Source of the DNA: Bugula neritina
Lineage: Eukaryota; Animalia; Bryozoa
DNA length: 64,000 nt
Direction: 5' to 3'
Assembly: GCA_964035545.1 (NCBI GenBank)
Contig: OZ037770.1
Span: 15,862,642-15,926,641 of the forward strand
Shown here: positions 54,501-64,000 of the stretch, piece by piece
How the letters are laid out: every line of letters starts with the position of its first letter
Numbering within the stretch: the first letter of the stretch is position 1
Made by a program: the position numbers and the translations under genes
Notes under the pieces: generated by a model
Seen by the model: the letters and a program-made list of their open reading frames with translations, nothing else
Database searches by the model: none
What the model was told of the DNA's origin: nothing

Positions 54501-55168
54501 CCATCTCAGCTGGGAAAGGTAAGTATCTGGCCATCTCAGCTGGGAAAGGTAAGTATCTGGCCATCTCAGCTGGGAAAAGTAAGTATCTGGCCATCTCAGC
54601 TGTGAAAGGTAAGTATCTGACCATCTCAGCTGTGAAAGGTAAGTGTAGATAGAAAGTAGTACTTACCTGTAAGTTTCACCTGAACACACGAGTTGGTGAG
54701 TTCTATACACTCTAACCTCTGACACAGAACCTGTAGTAGACAAGCAACACTATAGTTTCTACGTATATCTCTACATGTTGTATATGCACTCAGACTACAA
54801 AGTTACACTCAAAGCCCACGAGTAAAGAGGGTAGAAACATGTCAGCTACACAACAGATCTGTGTATGAGATAGCAGAGATAGCAGAGATAGCAGAGAAGA
54901 GAACAATGCTAGTGACTCAGAGGAGTATTGATGACAATGACTTCTTCAGCTCTTTCTCTCTCTCGAGACTTCACAGCTAGAAGTCAGTGATAAAGAGTCC
55001 CACAGCAAGCTACAGGACAACAACTTCTGACATCAGTACAAACATGGCAGGCGGGAGTATAACAGTGTAATAGAATAGCTTACTTTCTGCTGATACTACT
55101 GTAGAGAGACATCTGGTGGCAGAATAGAGTAGTGCTAGCTGCAACAGGTGGGAGATAAACTCCATCAT
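42565..55168 (-). CDS. Type I transmembrane mucin-like protein with two divergent SUEL/Gal-lectin-like Cys-rich domains, ~1130 aa, 12 coding exons
   Basis: Exons 55168-55084, 54730-54667, 50148-49998, 49811-49694, 49435-49202, 48212-48129, 48024-47819, 47489-47372, 46108-45839, 45633-43840, 43644-43527, 42715-42565, all GT-AG and in phase (3393 nt). Signal peptide MMEFISHLLQLALLYSATRC. Two domains with pattern C..C...GR.I.WG...C...C...C....C.F.VP..R...C...C. S/T-rich 10-aa repeats, TM segment VWVWVVIGLLITCSVSLALSILYIVYL, then RKRR and an acidic tail. Confidence 0.85.
42883..43162. repeat. Intronic ~47-bp dimeric repeat (GTAACAAGTGGCTGTAACATGTA / GTAACAAGTGGATGGTGACACAAA)
   Basis: Two alternating ~23-24 bp subunits. 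Confidence 0.85.
43900..45375 (-). repeat. Coding mucin VNTR, 30-bp unit encoding STVT(S/P)PDSVT
   Basis: About 48 copies inside exon 45633-43840. Confidence 0.95.
45698..45841. repeat. Intronic 36-bp minisatellite containing the 5' splice site CAG|GTATTG (- strand)
   Basis: 4 copies of CAATACCTG on +; the rightmost is the functional donor at 45838. Confidence 0.9.
46125..47362. repeat. Intronic minisatellite, 24-bp unit AGTACAGTA(C/A)ACAGAGTACTACTC
   Basis: About 50 copies. Confidence 0.97.
47495..47728. repeat. Intronic minisatellite, 28-bp unit ATATTACACCAGTTCTCAGTACTAGTCT
   Basis: About 8 copies abutting the acceptor. Confidence 0.92.
48218..49189. repeat. Intronic minisatellite, 26/29-bp unit AGAGATAGTGTAGAGTTAGTAGTTATACT
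   Basis: About 34 copies spanning donor to acceptor. Confidence 0.95.
49853..49986. repeat. Intronic minisatellite, 15-bp unit ACACATAGCAGGTAA
   Basis: About 9 copies. Confidence 0.92.
50160..54269. repeat. 4.1-kb intronic satellite, 16-bp unit TAAC(A/G)TAGTAATATAA, with higher-order duplications
   Basis: About 255 copies. The 16-aa periodicity of the spurious ORFs equals 3 x 16 bp. Confidence 0.98.
54436..54645. repeat. Intronic minisatellite, 30-bp unit GCCATCTCAGCTGGGAAAGGTAAGTATCTG
   Basis: 7 copies, each with AAG/AAA-GTAAGT on the strand antisense to the host gene. Confidence 0.93.
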
Positions 55169-55211
55169 CACCCTGTAAATGTAGACAGTAGACCTGTTAA
55201 TATATATATAT

Positions 55212-55981
<770 letters not shown>

Positions 55982-56389
55982 GTTTACATGCGGCTCATAA
56001 GAACACTGGATAATATATTGATCAAGTGCGTACAGTAGGGAATAAAGCATGGAGCAAACCTTGCATTGTCTAGGTGAGATATAAACAATACAGAGTCTAC
56101 ATCAACAATAAATACAACCAAATCAATTATTGTATCAATTACATCATGTGAATTCAATTGTCAAAGAAGTTACAAGTCAATGAATTTATTCATCAATAAA
56201 ATATAATATCGAAGATATCTTCTATTTGAAATATTTCCTCACATAAAGCAAATAGCAGAATATGAATGCAAGTAGGGTAGGAAATAAAATATATATTATT
56301 TCTACTAGTACAGGTAAAGCATGTGCTACAAGTACAACTATTGTATAGTCAAAATATTACCTCCAGTGATGCGAGTATAATGTAGGATA

Positions 56390-56793
56390 ACACAACCTCT
56401 TCTATAGCACAACCTCCTCTATAGCACAATCTCTTCTACAGCACAATATCTTCTATAGCACAACCTCTTCTATAGCACAATCTCTTCTATAGCACAATCT
56501 CTTCTATAGCACAACCTCTTCTATAGCACAATATCTTCTATAGCACAACCTCTTCTACAGCACAATCTCTTCTATAGCACAACCTCTTCTATAGCACAAT
56601 CTCTTCTATAGCACAATCTCTTCTATAGCACAACCTCTTCTATAGCACAACCTCTTCTATAGCACAACCTCTTCTATAGCACAACCTCTTCTATAGCACA
56701 ATCTCTTCTATAGCACAATCTCCTCTATAGCACAACCTCTTCTATAGCACAATATCCTCTATAGCACAACCTCTTCTATTGCACAACTTCTAC
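56390..56793. repeat. Minisatellite, 17-bp unit GCACAA(C/T)CTCTTCTATA
   Basis: About 23 copies. Confidence 0.95.
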
Positions 56794-57968
56794 AGCCAAA
56801 ATGTTTTTACAATTGAGGTATCTTTGTATTTGCATATGGTATTGTTGGGCGCATTAACTTGAGTTAGCTAGAAATGTTGCAGGGCTACATAGAAAGTGTT
56901 GAGAACATGTTTAATAGTATCATAATTCTCACTTATATCTCCACTCCGTCCTGTTCAGGTAGCAGAATATATTAATATCATAATATCAGTATTATACCAT
57001 GACTAAATATTACATACAGTTATATAAACATAGCCTTTATGTAGGCTATAATCTATTACATTTACTATTGCCCTGCAAGGTAATGTATTGTACTCTACTA
57101 CTACACTGCAAGGTAATACAGTACATTTAGAGACAAGGGGATGCATGCGAACGCTATGACATCACACTATGACATCACACAACTTCATTACCAAAATAAT
57201 GTAAAGCTTCACATATTTATAAACAAAACTACCCATAAAATAAAATAAACAATAGAAATATAGTACATACCTTGTACACCTCCAGGCAGGGATTAAGCAC
57301 CTACTTTCTATGTGCAAAATGCAGACACTGCAGCTTATTTGGAGTGCAATTGAATAATAAATTACAATGAAATAAGCAGAGGCCAGTACACAGGTGATTA
57401 GCTTTGTTTATATCATAGAAAAGCTGACCGTATTGTGAGTGATTGTACTGTGTAATAATAGTGTAAGGTTCATTGTCTTGTAGTGTATACAGTAACCTTC
57501 TGATAGGTAAATCAATATACTCAATGCCTGCAGCATATAAACTATGCACCTATATATTGTAGAGATGTACAATATACATAAATAAACTTTGAGTTCAGAA
57601 AGCAAATAGTTCTAACATATGTTCAACTCATTCCGGTACATTATTTTATCCAATGACTATCTAATTTAATAAAACTAATACAACAAAATGACAAACCGGA
57701 ATATAGAAGTCAAATTATTCTTACAACTACTTCATTACATTCTGAATTTATAATCCAACAGCAGCTGTTAGACAGGGAACTAGAATACTATGCCATGTAA
57801 CACAATATATTATATTATATTCCTTGAGTACTTCACCCAACTCTAACAAAACAATCAGTGTAGGTAATGACATACATGCCTACTGAGTGAAACCTCTCAA
57901 TGTTTAGCTGAAATTTAAATAAAATTACTGCCTGAGATATGAGTTGAGGGTAGAAAGCAATTAACATG

Positions 57969-58759
57969 TTACCATGATGTCTACAGTGTGTTACCTATAA
58001 TACTATTACCATGATGTCTACAGTGTGTTACATAGAATACTACTACCATGATGTCTACAGTGTGTTACATAGAATACTATTACCATGATGTCTACAGTGT
58101 GTTACATAGAATACTACTACCATGATGTCTACAGTGTGTTACATAGAATACTATTACCATTATGTCTACAGTGTGTTGCATAGAATACTACTACCGTGAT
58201 GTCTACAGTGCGTTACATAGAATACTACTACCATGATGTCTACAGTGTGTTACATAAAATACTACTACCATGATGTCTACAGTGTGTTACATAGAATACT
58301 ACTACCATGATGTCTACAGTGTGTTACATAGAATACTATTACCATGATGTCTACAGTGTGTTACATAGAATACTACTACCATGATGTCTACAGTGTGTTA
58401 CATAGAATACTACTACCACGATGTCTACAGTGTGTTACATGGAATACTATTACCACGATGTCTACAGTGTGTTACATGGAATACTACTACCATGATGTCT
58501 ACAGTGTGTTACATAGAATACTATAACCATGATGTCTACAGTGTGTTACATAGAATACTATTACCATGATGTCTACAGTGTGTTACATAGAATACTACTA
58601 CCATGATGTCTACAGTGTGTTACATAGAATACTACTACCACGATGTCTACAGTGTGTTACATGGAATACTATTACCATGATGTCTACAGTGTGTTACATA
58701 GAATACTATTACCACGATGTCTACAGTGTGTTACATGGAATACTATTACCGTGATGTCT
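57969..58759. repeat. Minisatellite, 37-bp unit CATGATGTCTACAGTGTGTTACATAGAATACTA(C/T)TAC
   Basis: About 21 copies. Confidence 0.95.
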
Positions 58760-59769
58760 ATAGAATATCATATACTTACATGTCATGTGATCAACGCTGC
58801 CGCCACAACACTACAGCTGCTGCCTTGCAAGCTAATCACCAGTGTTATATAACAACATGATGACTTATTAGAGTATAAAGTATGCAACTTACTACAAGGA
58901 GCTGTTACAGACTGAAGAGCTCAGTAAACATACTTAGAGTTCAGTGAGCCAACCAACCAATCAGATGCAAGGATGCAACTAGCTGACCACTAATATGCTA
59001 GAAATACCGGCTGCAGCATTATTTAGGCTGTAATACCATCCGAGTGTATGAAGCAGTTGTAGAGAGTTATTTGAGATCTGCATAAGTAGTGAAGTAGCAC
59101 CTAGGAGATGCAGTGGTGGCACATCAGTGTACGGGGGGGGGGGGGGGTGGAGTTAATGATGTAGAGACAATATACAATGTGTTCTCTCCTTCTAGCTTAG
59201 TCTATACCAAGGACTTAGTGGATATGTTATAACTAAGTGAAGCAATAAGAGAGAATAACTCCAATGTTATGTAACAATCACTATATAGCTGAAGAGCCTT
59301 GTAGGAGAATGCACATGGTTGAAGTACCTAAACTGTAGAATATATTGAGTTGAGATACCAAGAAGTGGGAGATGGTAAATATGTGAACACATGAGCTGAG
59401 GGCTAATATAAAGCTACTAGTCAGTTATACAGCTGTACTAGCTCAATAACTGTCTAAGTACTCAGGCTATGTGATGAGATAGAGTGGCACTTGGGCTATG
59501 AAATTATATATATTATATTATAACTGAAACTCAGGCTATTGTGATACTTTTTGAAAACAACTCGTTCAACTCAACAATAAAGTATATAAACTTTGGCACT
59601 CGGAGAAAGGAATAAATGAAATAGAACTCAAAATACACAAGAAGTCTGAGACTGGATATAGTTACATGAGCTATAATGAGGAGGGGAGGAGCACCCTCCC
59701 CCCAATGTCTAATTAGCTTGTACAGTCAGCTCAGACTAAAATATAAATTTCCTAAGTTTATGGCCATTG

Positions 59770-60854
59770 TTATACTTTGAATCCAAGACTTCGCATGCAT
59801 TCCTTGTGGGCCTCAATCTCCTTGCTACAGTGTTCTTCCCCTCTCTCTATGATACTGTAAGTATATACTATAATACTGTAAGTATATACTCTATAGTCTA
59901 TATAATACTGTAAGTATATACTATAATACTGTAAGTATATACTATAATACTGTAAGTATATACTCTATATAATACTGTAAGTATATACTCTATATAATAC
60001 TGTAAGTATATACTATAATACTGTAAGTATATACTATATATAATACTGTAAGTATATACTATATATAATACTGTAAGTATATACTATAATACTGTAAGTA
60101 TATACTATATATAATACTGTAAGTATATACTATAATACTGTAAGTATATACTATATATAATACTGTAAGTATATACTATATATAATACTGTAAGTATATA
60201 CTATATATAATACTGTAAGTATATACTATATATAATACTGTAAGTATATATTATATATAATACTGTAAGTATATACTATATATAATACTGTAAGTATATA
60301 CTCTATATAATACTGTAAGTATACTATATAATACTGTAAGTATATACTATATATGATACTGTAAGTATATACTATATAATACTGTAAGTATATACTATAT
60401 ATAATACTGTAAGTATATACTATATAATACTGTAAGTATATACTATATATAATACTGTAAGTATATACTATATATGATACTGTAAGTATATACTATATAT
60501 AATACTGTAAGTATATACTATATATGATACTGTAAGTATATACTATATATAATACTGTAAGTATATACTATATATAATACTGTAAGTATATACTATATAA
60601 TACTGTAAGTATATACTATATATAATACTGTAAGTATATACTATATAATACTGTAAGTATATACTATATAATACTGTAAGTATATACTATATATAATACT
60701 GTAAGTATATACTATATAATACTGTAAGTATACTATATAGTAAATACCATTTATCTCGAGGCTCCCTGGTCTCAGGACAAGCACAACACGGCTTAAGTTT
60801 TTTCTTGTCCACTTCACCTTCTGTAGGAACTGGTTTGTTCTCATTTGATGACAT
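59770..60854 (-). CDS. COX17: Cytochrome c oxidase copper chaperone COX17, 63 aa, 2 coding exons
   Basis: Exons 60854-60748 and 59854-59770 splice to [63 protein letters not shown], with KPCCAC and twin CX9C motifs. Not in the ORF track. Confidence 0.97.
59852..60740. repeat. COX17 intron minisatellite, 21-25-bp unit whose - strand reads TATATAGTATATACTTACAG|TAT (contains the acceptor)
   Basis: About 35-40 copies of TACTGTAAGTATA on +, filling the intron; the leftmost copy is the functional acceptor. Confidence 0.96.
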
Positions 60855-60884
60855 TCTCTCCCCTGGAAGAGCAGATGAGACTTT

Positions 60885-61148
60885 AACTCAAGGCAGTATT
60901 TACACAGTGACTACAAGTAACTCAAGGGAGTATTTACACAGTGACTACAGGTAACTCAAAGCAGTATTTACACAGTGACTACAAGTAACTCTCAAGGCAG
61001 CATTTACACAGTGACTACAAGTAACTTAAGGCAGCATTTACACAGTGACTACAAGTAACTCAAAGCAGTATTTACACAGTGACTACAGGTAACTCTCAAG
61101 GCAGTATTTACACAGTGACTACAGGTAACTCTCAAGGCAGTATTTACA
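60885..61148. repeat. Minisatellite, ~33-36-bp unit AACTCAAGGCAGTATTTACACAGTGACTACAAGT, in the probable COX17 5'-UTR intron
   Basis: About 7-8 copies upstream of an acceptor TTCCAG at ~60863. Confidence 0.9.
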
Positions 61149-63025
61149 TAAGCAGCTCATGCAGACTCTTAGCAAGAATTGGAAGCAGCAGCTAGTTCAC
61201 ATCATAATATTCACACTGATGGCCATAACTGAAATGTCCAGGTTTTGCCTATTGTATGGGATGAATAAAAACTACATAATATAAACATGAATGGCATAAA
61301 ATAGTTTAAAAATATTTAGTACTTGTGACAGAATCTATCAACGTTTACTTCTACTGAGAAACTTCAATTATTATCTAAAATGTAATACTACTAGAAATTA
61401 TACCCCATCATGGTTATGACTATATTACCATATATCATTAGTATTAATATTACTAATACTACAAATACAACCCCACAATTATATCTCTTAACATAATTAT
61501 ATTGTTATACTAAACACAATATAAATATTCTTAATTCTAAGCTTAAAACTAAACCTAAGGCTACTACTTACACTAATAGTAAATGTAATACTAATACTTA
61601 TACATCATGACATTACTGTCTATTGTCTTACTAACAATAATACCAATAGTAATGATTATCATTATGATAATCAGTAATCACTTTTAAATCATGATATTAA
61701 TATAAATATTTTAGTTACTAACATCATTAATCATGATAATCATAAGAATAATCATCATGGTAATCACTATCATTATCAATATCATAAGAATAATCATATT
61801 CAAAGTGATAATCTAAAGCACTGATAATGATGATCATAATCATAATGATAGTGGTTATCATTAAGAATAAGATGATATTGATTATCAGTACCATCATGAC
61901 TATCATCCTCATGATCATGATATTAAATTTGACGATGATAATTGATATTAATCATCAATTTACGATGAATGAATATGATCATAATGATCAACTTCAAGTT
62001 CAATGACAACATCAACTGGAAGTGAATAACAACTGGCTAAATAATAATATTGCACCTAGACTGCTGCTTAAAATACTATGGTGATAAATATTTTAATATT
62101 ACATTTATCATAATTTTAACACTAACAGTGTTCACTTGCAGTAATAGATATTGTAGTTCCTTGTCTAATCTACTGCAGCAGTCGTAGCCCTCGTCTTCTG
62201 CAATTCAACAGTTGAAATAACAAATAACAAACAGCAGACTCGCTGTGTAAAAGCGTCTACTAGGGGAACATAATTGTACTAAGGATAACTCCTTGTTCTT
62301 ACTTTTGTTACTGGACCGTAATATCTGTTTACGGCGTTTCATCAACCAACAAATGACCAGCCAGCTTTTCTTTAAAGGCGTGGTTTACTCATTACGATGC
62401 CGCGTATCCTGGGCGTAACTAACCCTCATCATTCTCACCAGGCGTACTTCTATAACACGCTTCCGGCATGAGCTACAAGTACAGCCGACTTTCAATTATA
62501 ATTATTGAACTAATGTTGTTTTGGATAATCACAAAATGCTAAAGTTTATTATACATTTTGTATAAAAAGCTTTTATAGGCGAGATTATAATAATGTAATT
62601 TTTTTGCTTTTAAATTGATTACTAGTAGTAGTATTACTAAATAGTAAAAATAAAATATTGAGTTTGATAACTTAGACTTAGTTAGTGTTACTTACTACTT
62701 TAGTACTTAAACTTAGAGTTAGTCTAAGTCTTATTAATAATAATATTATATTTATTATAGTTATATTTATTCCTAATCCTATAACTATGACTATGACTGA
62801 AGCTAATCTTGATCACTGAACCTGAGGTAATAAATATACTTTTAGTTTTAGCAACATTAGTAATACTAACAGTAACAGTAATAAATTAACTTTAGCTTGC
62901 ATTAATGATTAATAGACGTAGTACACTAGATCAAGCGCTACCTACTCCTAGTAGTACTAGTAGTACCTACCTAGTTTAAAATTAATACTCGCTACTACTA
63001 GTTGTAGTGTTGAGTTTACCCAGGG

Positions 63026-63097
63026 GCTCCCGTGGTGTAATGGGTAGCACACTTGCTTGCAAGCCAGAGGACTCGGGTTTTATTCCCAGTGGCGGCA
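63026..63097 (+). pseudogene. Degenerate tRNA / tRNA-derived SINE head (TGC-like anticodon loop)
   Basis: A-box TGGTGTAATGG, degenerate B-box GGTTTTATTCCC, imperfect acceptor stem GCTCCCG/TGGCGGC, mismatched anticodon stem, 72 nt. Confidence 0.55.
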
Positions 63098-64000
63098 ATT
63101 ATTCTTCACTAGTACTACTAGTAGTAGTACTAGTAGTAGTTGTACTTGTAGTGCTATTGCTAATACTGCTAGTATTACTAGTTTTACAGTCTGAGTCTAC
63201 GAGTACGACTACGTCGTCATCTAGTTCTATGACTGTGGTAAAACGAAAACTAAGGCTAATGTTATTTAAATCTGGTACTCATTCTGATTCTGATACTATT
63301 TGTATGAGTATGTGAGTATCAATTTATTAAATTTAATATCACTATCAGACTCAGTGATAGTTACACACTAACACTTAATTTCATAGTAATACTTTCACTT
63401 CAAATTTTGCTATTACTATTAGTATAACTATCACTATTGTTATCAAACTTAGTGTTACTACGACTTGAAGTTGCATTCTGATATACTGATACTTATACTA
63501 TATTATAACTAGATCAATATGGCTATGTAATATAAGACTAAGTGACAATTATACTTAAATACTAATAGTAATACCTACTCCTTGACCCTTGTTCAATGCT
63601 TGGAATCTCAGTTGCATTTTTGATTTTGAAATTTTGCCAATTTCTTGTTGACGTTCATTTGTAATGAAATTATAGTTATATTCAAGTTGTAAATGGGTTG
63701 CTATTCTGTATTCATATTGATATAAGAATTAGACTCAGACTGAGTAAGAAATGACTGAAATGAGCAATAAAGTAGACATTAAATTGTAGAAATTTATCTC
63801 GTGTTATTACTCATTTTGAGCACATGAATTGTATACTAATTAGATAGTATGTGTGTTATTAATCATTTTAGCCTCTTCAAAAATGAAAAGCTCAACTGAG
63901 TTATAGTTACTTCTTTGCTTTCTGATTTTAGATTTGAGGTTTTGGTGTAATTTATTTATAATAACTTGTTACTATTATATTCATACTGATACTGACAATA

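Noticed and set aside
57969-58759. 37-bp and other 26-38-bp repeats resembling CRISPR arrays
   Set aside because: Head-to-tail repeats with no unique spacers, no cas genes, and a eukaryotic context.
56340-59100. Additional protein-coding gene between the mucin gene and COX17
   Set aside because: Only isolated donor-like sites (e.g. 57270 and 58779 on -) and no convincing ORF; at most 5'-UTR exons of the mucin gene.
63026-63097. Functional tRNA-Ala(TGC)
   Set aside because: The T-loop lacks TTC, and the anticodon and acceptor stems have mismatches; kept only as a tRNA-derived remnant.

Overview
AT-rich, compact animal (invertebrate) genomic DNA with spliceosomal GT-AG introns. Most long ORFs in the supplied track are tandem-repeat artefacts, so I rebuilt the real genes by hand-splicing. 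Left to right: (1) the 5' part of a Ty3/gypsy LTR retrotransposon with protease-integrase (Gmr1-like) order; (2) an apparently damaged THAP + C2H2 zinc-finger gene; (3) RETSAT (13 coding exons, +); (4) TFG (8 coding exons, -); (5) a nearly intact CR1-group LINE with one nonsense mutation; (6) a NOL7-like gene; (7) an uncharacterised multipass membrane protein gene; (8) a Y-box gene; (9) a ~1130-aa type I membrane mucin with two divergent SUEL-like domains; (10) COX17, missed by the ORF track; (11) a tRNA-derived remnant. The most striking feature is architectural. Most introns longer than ~200 bp hold their own private minisatellite (10-47 bp units). In at least four introns the repeat unit contains the real splice site, giving up to ~35-40 tandem decoy sites of which only the exon-proximal copy restores the reading frame. 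Separately, degenerate 3/6-nt-periodic AT-rich tracts appear to flank the inferred promoters.
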